Assembly: GCA_946546075.1 (NCBI GenBank)
Contig: CAMNNV010000001.1
Span: forward strand, 1 to 47,555
DNA: 47,555 bases
Direction: 5' to 3'
Origin: an uncultured Bacillota bacterium
Lineage (GTDB): Bacteria; Bacillota; Clostridia; Peptostreptococcales; Anaerovoracaceae
Both the position numbers and the translations under genes were made by a program. A model generated the notes under the pieces. It searched no databases. It saw only the letters and a list, made by a program, of their open reading frames with translations, and was not told the origin of the DNA. Positions 27,081 to 35,592 of the stretch are shown here, in pieces (position 1 is the stretch's first letter; every line of letters starts with the position of its first letter).

Positions 27081-27887
27081 TTACGGCAGCTTGTGGAAGT
27101 CAGGTCTGCGCTCTTTGAAGGTGCAGTAATATTTGAATCCCAAAGATTTCGCGAATTCTACGGCGTCGTTGAAGTGGTCCTGATAGTACGCAGGATCGTG
27201 TGCGTCAGAGCCGAAGGTGATGGCTTCTCCGCCCAGCTCCAGGTAGCGGCGAAGTACGGACTCGCGGGGCATCCATGTGCCCGTGCCGTATTTGAAACTC
27301 GAGGTATTGATCTCGAGGATCTTGCCTTCCGGGATCAGAAGTTTCAGGATCTCATCGATGATATCTGTGACAGGACCATAGTCGTAGAGTTTGCCGATGT
27401 ATCTGTCGATGATGCTGAAGTGACCCATGATATCGAAGTTGCGATACTCGCTGAGGCATTCATACATGTACTTGTAGAAATCCTCCAGTTCTGCTGGACC
27501 GTCCGAGGATGCGAAATCGTAACGGTAGAGGTCATCTTTGCGGTTGCAGTGGAACGAACCGATCACCACATCATAGTCGTATGCGGAGACGTAGTGTTCC
27601 GCCTCATCGAGGAAACCCGCCCAGATGCCCATCTCGATACCTTTTCGGATATCCAGGACACCTTCATACTTTTCGCGGGCAGCATCTACGGCCGCATGGT
27701 ATGCAGGGAAATCCAGGTGGAACGGGAATTCCGGGTCAGGATATCCCGGGTCGTGGTGGTCTGTCACTGCAAGGGTCCTGACTCCGGCAGCGATCGCGCC
27801 GGAAAGCATATCTTCAAATGGGATATCGCAGTCATCGCTGAATCCCGTATGTGTATGAAAATCGCAGTCTAAAATACATTTCGTCAT
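27081..27887 (-). CDS. HisJ-family PHP phosphatase (histidinol-phosphatase-like)
   Basis: DFHTHTGFSDD, VTDH, GIEMG, IGSFH, MGHF, EINTS, FGSDAH. Confidence 0.85.
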   Translation of the reverse strand: MTKCILDCDFHTHTGFSDDCDIPFEDMLSGAIAAGVRTLAVTDHHDPGYPDPEFPFHLDFPAYHAAVDAAREKYEGVLDIRKGIEMGIWAGFLDEAEHYVSAYDYDVVIGSFHCNRKDDLYRYDFASSDGPAELEDFYKYMYECLSEYRNFDIMGHFSIIDRYIGKLYDYGPVTDIIDEILKLLIPEGKILEINTSSFKYGTGTWMPRESVLRRYLELGGEAITFGSDAHDPAYYQDHFNDAVEFAKSLGFKYYCTFKERRPDFHKLP

Positions 27888-29392
27888 TGCTGATCCTTCT
27901 CCTCTTCAAAAACGTTTTCGTCATAATTGCCGTCGCTCAGGGTGAATACCGGGCTCACGGCAGTCTCATCCACCTTGGTAAGTCCCAGCTCGAACCAGAA
28001 GGTCGTACCCTGGCCGAGGGTGCTGTCCACACCGTATTCTGCCTTGTGGAGCACGAGTATCTCTTTTACGATGGATAATCCGATGCCGGATCCTTCCGTC
28101 GTTCTGACCATGTTGGAACTTGCCTTGTAGTATCTTTCCCAGACGTGCTCCAGCTCTTCTTTGGCGATGCCGATGCCGTGATCTTCTACGCTGCAGACGA
28201 CGGTGCCGCGTCCGCCCTTGGCGAGGGTGACGTTGACCTGCCTGTCGTCGCCGCAGAATTTGATGGCATTGGTGATCAGGTTCGTGATGACCTGTTTGAT
28301 CCTTTCTTCATCGGCCATGACGTAGAATTCCGAAGGGCAGTTCAGCTCGATATGATAGCCTTCTTCATTTCGGATCCGGTAGGTGTTCACGATGGATCTT
28401 GCGACCTCGGAAAGGTTGAATTCTGAGATATCGAGTGTCATCTTGCCGGACTGCATCCTGGATACCGTCAGAAGGTCGTCTACCAGATTGTTCAGCCTGT
28501 CGGCTTCGTCGATGATGACTTTGAGGTGCTCCTGCCTCTTCACCGGGTTGTCTCCGGACAAGTCTCGGATCATCTCCGCGTAGGATTTGATCATCGTCAG
28601 CGGCGTGCGAAGATCGTGGGAGACATTGGCCACGAGATCCTTTTGGATGACATCGGTCTTCTCCAGCTCTATGGATGTGCGGGTCAAAGTGTCCGCCAGG
28701 TTGTTGATCTCAGTATAATGCCCGCCCTTGAAGACGATGCCGTACTCGCCATCTGCCAGACGGTCTGCAGACGCCGCGATATCACGGATAGGCCGCGTGA
28801 TCCTCGATGACAGATAGAAGGAAAGTATGCACGCCATGATCAGAGCGATGAGCGTGATATAAATGAGCTGGTTTCGCAGTATGTTGATGGTGGATTTTAC
28901 TGGCCAGAGAGGGGAGAAGAGGTAGATCTTGAACTCTTCTCTGTTTGGCGCGGAGAGTTTGTCGGAGTATACCAGAACTTCCTTCGTGTTATCCACGCCC
29001 TTGATGCGGATCATGATGGCCTCATCAGGGGAACGGAGACGGTATCTCTCTACGGCATCTATCTGCTGGAAGTAATAGCCTTCGCCGGCCACTTCATCAG
29101 CGGGCTGGAAGGACATGATCTCCCCGTTCTGATCGATCAGATAGATGTAAAGATCGTTCGTGCTGGCTACATTGTTGATTTTTCTCATGAACTTATCAGA
29201 GGTGTAATTGTTATATGCATCGTTTACATCCTCGATCGTATTCTTGGTCTGCTGCGTCTTCATCCCCTCATAGAAATTGTTGAGGAATATGACCTGAAGA
29301 CCCCACAGCACGATCATGATAAGACCTGTGAAAAGCACGAAGTACAGCCATGTCTTGAATTTTATACTGTGGATATCGGGTCTATGCTTCAA
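27884..29392 (-). CDS. Membrane sensor histidine kinase (two TM, HAMP, HisKA, HATPase)
   Basis: ITRPIRDI (HAMP), VSHDLRTPL (H-box), NLITNAIKF, DHGIGI, GSGIGLSIV. Confidence 0.93.
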   Translation of the reverse strand: MKHRPDIHSIKFKTWLYFVLFTGLIMIVLWGLQVIFLNNFYEGMKTQQTKNTIEDVNDAYNNYTSDKFMRKINNVASTNDLYIYLIDQNGEIMSFQPADEVAGEGYYFQQIDAVERYRLRSPDEAIMIRIKGVDNTKEVLVYSDKLSAPNREEFKIYLFSPLWPVKSTINILRNQLIYITLIALIMACILSFYLSSRITRPIRDIAASADRLADGEYGIVFKGGHYTEINNLADTLTRTSIELEKTDVIQKDLVANVSHDLRTPLTMIKSYAEMIRDLSGDNPVKRQEHLKVIIDEADRLNNLVDDLLTVSRMQSGKMTLDISEFNLSEVARSIVNTYRIRNEEGYHIELNCPSEFYVMADEERIKQVITNLITNAIKFCGDDRQVNVTLAKGGRGTVVCSVEDHGIGIAKEELEHVWERYYKASSNMVRTTEGSGIGLSIVKEILVLHKAEYGVDSTLGQGTTFWFELGLTKVDETAVSPVFTLSDGNYDENVFEEEKDQQ

Positions 29393-30053
29393 ACTTGTAA
29401 CCTACCCCTCTTAGAGTGACGATATAATCACGGTATTTGCCAAGGTTGTTCCTGAGATTCTTGATGTGGGTATCTATCGTTCTGTCATCTCCAAAGAAGT
29501 CGTAGCCCCAGATGTCTGAAAGGAGCTTGTCTCTCGAAAGTGCGATGTTCCTGTTCTCGACGAGGTAGAAGAGGAGATCGTATTCCTTCGGAGTCAGATC
29601 CACTTTCTCGCCGTCGACGGTGACGGTTCTTGCCGGGATGTTGATCTCCAGCCCGTCAAACGTCATGACGCTTGGCGTCTTCTGCGGTGCGCCTGCTTTT
29701 CTGGAGAGAACGGCGCTTACCCTGGCCATGAGTTCCTTAGGGCTGAAAGGTTTGACCACATAATCGTCGATGCCCAGCTCGAACCCGAAGAGCTTATCGT
29801 ATTCTTCGCTTCGCGCGCTGAGCATGATGATCGGGATGTCCTTTGTTTTGCGGATCTCTTTGCAGGCTGAATAGCCGTCCAGCTTAGGCATCATGATGTC
29901 CATGATGATGAGGTCGTAATCGTTGAGTTTGCAAAGGCCTACGGCGCTCATGCCGTCGGCGGCCTCGGTGACCTCATGTCCGTTGAATTCGGAATATTCC
30001 CTTATGACTTCTCTTATTTTCTGCTCGTCATCTACGACTAAAAGTCTGGCCAT
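29382..30053 (-). CDS. OmpR/PhoB family response regulator
   Basis: LVVDDE, MDIMMP, KPF, LTPKEYDLL, RTIDTHIKNLR, RGVGYKF. Confidence 0.94.
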   Translation of the reverse strand: MARLLVVDDEQKIREVIREYSEFNGHEVTEAADGMSAVGLCKLNDYDLIIMDIMMPKLDGYSACKEIRKTKDIPIIMLSARSEEYDKLFGFELGIDDYVVKPFSPKELMARVSAVLSRKAGAPQKTPSVMTFDGLEINIPARTVTVDGEKVDLTPKEYDLLFYLVENRNIALSRDKLLSDIWGYDFFGDDRTIDTHIKNLRNNLGKYRDYIVTLRGVGYKFEA

Positions 30054-30114
30054 CTGATACCTCCATTGTATGTGTCACGGTGTTTATAAAGCGTTTAGTA
30101 TATAGTATTTTTCC

Positions 30115-30144
30115 TTTGTGTTTTGCATGTGATGAATATGTAAT
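30115..30144. promoter_or_regulatory. Three 11-bp-period direct repeats (candidate response-regulator binding site)
   Basis: TGTG at 30117, TGTG at 30128 and TGTA at 30139. They overlap the expected -35 of the minus-strand promoter whose -10 is TATACT (30097-30102). Confidence 0.4.
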
Positions 30145-30242
30145 GATTGTAACACAATTCGTTGGATTGGTGTAGGAATTATGGTATACTCATAAAAGGT
30201 ATGACCTGACAACAGAAATCTTCGAAGAAAGGAGGGAAATAA

Positions 30243-31355
30243 ATGCTTAGGAAACTGGTGAGAGCCATTTTCACTGTTGCAGGAGCCATATTGGGATATG
30301 GGATTTTCACCGTTGCGAAGTTCATTATCATCAGAAGTGGTCACGAAGCCTGGGTCGACTTTTTCTCTGAGATGCAGCTGGCATGCATCGCAGCATTATT
30401 CGTAATTATATTTGGTTTGATTTTTTTCAGACTCACTCCGACACTTCACAGACAGAGCAACGCAGTAGCGAAGGGCATCGAACTGGACCTGCAGAAGATA
30501 CCTACTAACGATCTACTGATGGGTACCGCAGGTCTGATCGCAGGTCTTATTATCGCCTCGCTGATCAGCCAGATCTATGTCGGTATCAAAGTGCCTTATC
30601 TGGATGTAATACTCAATATTTTTACATATATCCTTCTGGGCTACTTAGGTATCATCATTGCTACGCGAAAGAGCGTTGACATCAAAGGACTTCTCGGTGC
30701 GAGAAAACAGGCAGGAGCAGGAAGGGGCGCCAAGAAGGCGGAACTGACTCCTAAGATCCTTGATACCAGCGTCATCATAGACGGCAGGATCCTTGACATC
30801 CTGCATACGGGATTCATAGAGGGCAGCGTCGTGATTCCGGAGTTCGTTATCATAGAGCTCCAGCACATAGCCGATTCCTCAGACGGCCTCAAAAGGCAGA
30901 GGGGAAGAAGAGGCCTGGATATCGTCAATAAGATCCAGGCAGAGTTCGGTTTAGACATCTATACGACGGAAGACGACAAGTCCCTGGACGATATCCCTGA
31001 TGTGGATATCAAGCTTCTCAAGCTTGCCCAGAACATCGGCGGCAAGGTCGTGACGAACGACTATAACCTCAACAAGGTCGCCATGATCAAGGGCGTGGAA
31101 GTACTGAATATCAATGAGCTTGCTAACACGCTCAAGCCTGTAGTACTTCCGGGAGAACATATGATAGTATCCCTTGTCAAAGAAGGTAAGGACAGGAATC
31201 AAGCTGTGGCATACCTTGACGATGGTACCATGATCGTAGTGGAAGATGGCAGGAAATTCATAGGGAATTCCATAAAAGTAACTGTAACGAGCGTACTTCA
31301 GACATCAGCAGGCAGGATGATTTTCGCCAAGCCTTCTGGTGCAGGACACAAATAG
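30243..31355 (+). CDS. Membrane PIN/TRAM domain protein (YacL-like)
   Basis: N-terminal TMs, KILDTSVIIDGRI, RGRRGLD, TNDYNLNKVA, YLDDGTMIVVE, QTSAGRMIFA; promoter TTGGAT-N17-TATACT at 30162-30190. Confidence 0.9.
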   Translation: MLRKLVRAIFTVAGAILGYGIFTVAKFIIIRSGHEAWVDFFSEMQLACIAALFVIIFGLIFFRLTPTLHRQSNAVAKGIELDLQKIPTNDLLMGTAGLIAGLIIASLISQIYVGIKVPYLDVILNIFTYILLGYLGIIIATRKSVDIKGLLGARKQAGAGRGAKKAELTPKILDTSVIIDGRILDILHTGFIEGSVVIPEFVIIELQHIADSSDGLKRQRGRRGLDIVNKIQAEFGLDIYTTEDDKSLDDIPDVDIKLLKLAQNIGGKVVTNDYNLNKVAMIKGVEVLNINELANTLKPVVLPGEHMIVSLVKEGKDRNQAVAYLDDGTMIVVEDGRKFIGNSIKVTVTSVLQTSAGRMIFAKPSGAGHK

Positions 31356-31372
31356 TTTTTCGGAGGGCGGAC

Positions 31373-32509
31373 ATGTACAATAACAAACGAGTTGCTGTCA
31401 TCGTTGCAGCCGCAGGCAGAGGCACGAGGATGGGAAGTCCCATACCTAAACAGTTCCTTGAGATAGGAGGCGTGCCGGTTCTTGTGAAGACACTAAAAGT
31501 CTTCCAGAGAATGGATGAGATAGACTATATTTTCGTGGTCACAAATGAAGAGTATCTCGATCACTGCAAGGTCATAACAAAACGTGCAGGGATCGACAAG
31601 ATCTCGGCGATCGTTCCCGGTGGAGATCACAGACAGGATTCGGTCTATAACGCACTGATGGAGATCAACAGACTCCACCCCGGTGTGGCATACGTGCTGA
31701 TCCATGATGGTGCAAGGCCATATGTCAGTGAGAACATCATAAGGAATGTCCTTGAGGTCACAGAAAAAAAGGGCGCTGCCGTGGCAGCTGTCGCAATGAA
31801 GAACAGCATCAGGCACAGCAGCGAAGGAAGTGTATCGCGGGAAGATTTCGTTTCCGTCCAGACGCCGCAGGGGTTCAGGAAAGCTGAACTGATCAGGTCA
31901 TACGAGGCGGCTCTGGAAGATAGTTATTACGGTACAGACGATGCAGAACTCGTAGAAAGAGCGGGGTTCCCGATAGAAATTGTAGAAGGTGAATATCAGA
32001 ACATCAAGATAACGACAAAGGAAGATCTGCCTATGGAAAACAGAGTTGGAACAGGATTCGATGTACATAAACTCGTGGAAGGACGAAGACTCGTGCTGGG
32101 AGGCGTTGAGATCGAATATGCCAAAGGCCTTCTGGGCCACTCCGATGCGGATGTCCTCATCCATGCACTGATGGACGCGCTTCTTGGAGCAGCGGGCTTT
32201 GGCGACATCGGAAGACATTTCCCGGACAGCGATCCCGAATACGAGGGCATCAGTTCCATGGTGCTTCTGGGCAGAGTCAAGAGAATGCTCGATGAGAACT
32301 TCTACAAGGTAGGAAATGTAGATGTCACGGTCATAGCCGAAAGACCGAAGATCGCGGCGTATATCGATGCCATGAGGCAGACTATCGCCCGCACCCTTGA
32401 TATCGACGAAAGCAGGATCAATATCAAGGGCACAACAACGGAACAACTGGGGTTTACGGGTAGAGGAGAAGGCATAGCAGCACATGCTGTATGCTCTATA
32501 TACAGGTAA
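31373..32509 (+). CDS. ispDF: Bifunctional IspD/IspF (MEP cytidylyltransferase / MEcPP synthase)
   Basis: IspD motifs AAAGRGTRMG, RQDSV, HDGARP, QTPQ and IKITT run directly into IspF motifs GTGFDVH, GHSDADV and GDIGRHFPD. Confidence 0.93.
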   Translation: MYNNKRVAVIVAAAGRGTRMGSPIPKQFLEIGGVPVLVKTLKVFQRMDEIDYIFVVTNEEYLDHCKVITKRAGIDKISAIVPGGDHRQDSVYNALMEINRLHPGVAYVLIHDGARPYVSENIIRNVLEVTEKKGAAVAAVAMKNSIRHSSEGSVSREDFVSVQTPQGFRKAELIRSYEAALEDSYYGTDDAELVERAGFPIEIVEGEYQNIKITTKEDLPMENRVGTGFDVHKLVEGRRLVLGGVEIEYAKGLLGHSDADVLIHALMDALLGAAGFGDIGRHFPDSDPEYEGISSMVLLGRVKRMLDENFYKVGNVDVTVIAERPKIAAYIDAMRQTIARTLDIDESRINIKGTTTEQLGFTGRGEGIAAHAVCSIYR

Positions 32510-32525
32510 GGAGAGACAACAAACA

Positions 32526-34283
32526 ATGAGATTATCAAGATTGCATTTCAAAACTCTGAGAGAAGTACCAAAGGAGGCTGAGATCCCAAGCCATATTCTT
32601 CTTCTCAGAGCCGGAATGATCAAAAAAACTGCTGCTGGGATCTATACTTACATGCCTATGGGATGGCGCACGGTAAGGAAGATCGAGAACATAGTAAGAG
32701 AAGAAATGGATGCAAAGGGTGCGCAGGAGATCCGCACATCCGTGCTGCAGCCGGGCGAGCTTTGGGAGGAATCAGGAAGATGGAGTGCATACGGTCCTGA
32801 AATGTGGCGTCTCAATGACAGAAACGACAGAGGTTTCTGCCTGGGACCTACAGCAGAGGAAGTGTTCACAGATATCATCCGAGGCGATGTCACATCCTAT
32901 AAGCAGCTGCCGCTGAGCATCTATCAGATCTCAAACAAGTTCAGAGATGAGGCAAGACCTCGTTTCGGCATGATGAGATCGAGAGACTTCATCATGAAGG
33001 ACAACTATTCCTTTGACAGAGATGAAGAGGGCCTGGATCAGAGCTATGAAGACATGTATGAAGCATATACCAACGTCTTCACAAGATGCGGTCTTACCTT
33101 CAGACCTGTAGAAGCAGATCCGGGAGCGATCGGCGGTAATAACTCTCACGAATTCACAGCACTTTGCGAGTACGGTGAAAGTGAGATCGCATACTGCGAG
33201 AGCTGCGATATGGCAGCAACCGTCGAAAAGGCGGAATGCCTGGACGATCCGGCACAGGACGATGTGGAGATGCTCCCACTCGAGAAAAAGCATACACCTG
33301 GAACGAAGACCATCGAAGCCGTTGCAGAATACCTCGACCTTCCTACTGAGAAGACCATCAAGGCGCTGCTCTTCGTAACATATGATGAAGAAGGAAATGA
33401 AGCCGGTTATGTTGCAGCCTTCGTAAGAGGCGACAGAGAACTGAACATGACGAAGCTGGCAAACATCCTGGATATCAACCAGTACGCCATCGAATTCGCA
33501 GACGAAGAAAAAATGGCTGCCAAGACAGGCTGCGTCGGCGGATTCACAGGCCCTATGGGACTTCACGACTGCACGATCGTGGTAGACTCGGAGCTGCCGG
33601 GACAGAAGAACCTTTGCGCGGGAGCATGTGAGGCGGACCACCACTACATCAATATGAACTACGGCAGAGATTATGAAGGCGATATCGTTGCTGACATCAA
33701 GAACCTTCAGGAAGGTGACAGATGTCCTAGATGCGGCGGCGTCATCAAGCATGCCAGAGGCGTTGAGGTAGGTCAGATCTTCAAGCTGGGAACGAAGTAT
33801 TCAGAGCCGATGGGCTGTGTTTATAAAGACGAGAACCAGAAGGATCATCCGATCGTCATGGGATGCTACGGAATCGGTATCTCCAGGACGTTCCAGGCGA
33901 TCATCGATATGCCGGAGAACCACGACGATAACGGTATCATCTGGCCGATGTCAGTGGCTCCTTACCACGTGATCATCACGCTGGTCAAGGCCGGAGATGA
34001 GGTCCAGGAGAAGGTGGCTTCCCAGATCCACGATGAACTGGAGAAAGCCGGCGTAGAAGTTCTCCTCGATGACCGCAAAGAGCGCCCGGGCGTCAAGTTC
34101 AAGGACGCAGATCTTCTCGGCATTCCGGTTGCCATCACAGTAGGCAGAGGTGCCGCTGACGGTAAAGTGGAATACAAGCTCAGAGCAGAGGACAACAAAG
34201 AAGAAATCGGCATCAGCGAAGCAATCGAAAGAGCCATCGCTAAAGTAAACGCAGAAAAAGACGGAAGACACTTTTTCAAATAA
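32526..34283 (+). CDS. proS: Proline--tRNA ligase (bacterial type with INS editing domain)
   Basis: MRLS, LLLRAGMI, LGPT.EE, KFRDEARPRFG, EVGQIFKLG, MGCYGIG, GVKFKDADL; AAGGAG SD before ATG 32526. Confidence 0.96.
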   Translation: MRLSRLHFKTLREVPKEAEIPSHILLLRAGMIKKTAAGIYTYMPMGWRTVRKIENIVREEMDAKGAQEIRTSVLQPGELWEESGRWSAYGPEMWRLNDRNDRGFCLGPTAEEVFTDIIRGDVTSYKQLPLSIYQISNKFRDEARPRFGMMRSRDFIMKDNYSFDRDEEGLDQSYEDMYEAYTNVFTRCGLTFRPVEADPGAIGGNNSHEFTALCEYGESEIAYCESCDMAATVEKAECLDDPAQDDVEMLPLEKKHTPGTKTIEAVAEYLDLPTEKTIKALLFVTYDEEGNEAGYVAAFVRGDRELNMTKLANILDINQYAIEFADEEKMAAKTGCVGGFTGPMGLHDCTIVVDSELPGQKNLCAGACEADHHYINMNYGRDYEGDIVADIKNLQEGDRCPRCGGVIKHARGVEVGQIFKLGTKYSEPMGCVYKDENQKDHPIVMGCYGIGISRTFQAIIDMPENHDDNGIIWPMSVAPYHVIITLVKAGDEVQEKVASQIHDELEKAGVEVLLDDRKERPGVKFKDADLLGIPVAITVGRGAADGKVEYKLRAEDNKEEIGISEAIERAIAKVNAEKDGRHFFK

Positions 34284-34304
34284 GAAATCAAAAGGAGTTT
34301 TATC

Positions 34305-34787
34305 ATGACAAAAGTAATCATCGAGATGGAATCCGGCGATGTGATGAAGGGTGAACTGTATCCTGAGATCGCGCCAATCACTGTAGAGAATTTCGTTAAG
34401 CTGGCAAAGGACGGCTTCTATGATGGACTGATTTTCCACAGAGTCATCCCTAACTTCATGATCCAGGGCGGATGCCCGAAGGGCAACGGAACAGGTGGTC
34501 CGGGACATACGATCAAGGGTGAATTTGCCAAGAACGGTTTCCAGAACGATCTGAAGCACGAGAGAGGCGTCATGTCCATGGCAAGAACGATGGCTCCTGA
34601 TTCAGCAGGATCACAGTTCTTCATCATGCACACAGATGTGCCTTATCTTGACGGTGAATATGCTGCATTCGGCAGGATCACAGAAGGTCTGGAAGTCATC
34701 GACAAGATCGTGAATGTACCTAGAGATGCAATGGATAAACCGAAAGAACCTCAGGTCATGAAAAAGGTAACAATCGAAGAAGAGTAA
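34305..34787 (+). CDS. Cyclophilin-type peptidyl-prolyl cis-trans isomerase
   Basis: APITVENF, FYDGLIFHRVIPNFMIQGG, SMAR, SAGSQFFI. Confidence 0.93.
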   Translation: MTKVIIEMESGDVMKGELYPEIAPITVENFVKLAKDGFYDGLIFHRVIPNFMIQGGCPKGNGTGGPGHTIKGEFAKNGFQNDLKHERGVMSMARTMAPDSAGSQFFIMHTDVPYLDGEYAAFGRITEGLEVIDKIVNVPRDAMDKPKEPQVMKKVTIEEE

Positions 34788-34852
34788 GAACATTCAGGAG
34801 AGGGGAAATCATATCCCCTCTCGCTCATTATACTTATCAGGAGGGTCTTCAT

Positions 34853-35581
34853 TTGTATAACAGATCACAGATAAATCCTTTTTTCTTAATATTGATAGCA
34901 ATGCTCATTTTCAGTTCCTTCCGGTCCGGGCAGTTTTCGGATCCGATGCAGTGGATACTGAATGAGCTTTATATACTGCCGGGAGTCATCATAGGACTTT
35001 CCTTCCATGAATTCGCCCATGCGTGGACAGCCTATAAACTGCACGACCCGACTCCGAAGATGCAGGGAAGAGTCACGATAAACCCGCTGGCACACGTGGA
35101 TCTGCTGGGCTTTGTAGCACTCCTTTTCTGCGGGTTCGGCTGGGGAAAACCGGTGGAGATCAACCCGAACAATTTCAGGAACAGACGCAGAGATGATATC
35201 ATGGTTTCTGCAGCAGGAGTCGTCATGAACCTCATCATAGCGATCGTATTCGGATTCGTGGCAAAGCTCATGGTGATGGTCTGCGATGTCAATGCGCTGA
35301 ACGGAACGGGGATCGTCCATATCATATGGCAGATGGTGATCTACGTGATCATGATCAACCTGGTGCTTATGATATTCAATCTGATCCCGGTACCGCCACT
35401 CGACGGTTTCCAGATCATCGGAGAACTGTTCAACCTCAAGAGCACAAATTTTTACTGGGGCCTTTATCAGTACGGCTCTCTGATCCTTCTCGGACTGATC
35501 ATATTCAACATTACGGATCTGATCATATCACCGTGTGTCAATGCAATCTTCGGATTGATCTATAACTTCATCATTTTGTAA
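34853..35581 (+). CDS. Site-2 protease family (M50) membrane metalloprotease
   Basis: HEFAH, GWGKPV, FNLIPVPPLDG; TTG start after AGGAGGG. Confidence 0.9.
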   Translation: MYNRSQINPFFLILIAMLIFSSFRSGQFSDPMQWILNELYILPGVIIGLSFHEFAHAWTAYKLHDPTPKMQGRVTINPLAHVDLLGFVALLFCGFGWGKPVEINPNNFRNRRRDDIMVSAAGVVMNLIIAIVFGFVAKLMVMVCDVNALNGTGIVHIIWQMVIYVIMINLVLMIFNLIPVPPLDGFQIIGELFNLKSTNFYWGLYQYGSLILLGLIIFNITDLIISPCVNAIFGLIYNFIIL

Positions 35582-35592
35582 CAGAGGTAACA

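Noticed and set aside
34798-34822. Hairpin GAGAGGGGA...TCCCCTCTC after the cyclophilin gene as a terminator
   Set aside because: There is no U-tract, so it may be only a stabilising stem. Not enough support for a terminator call.
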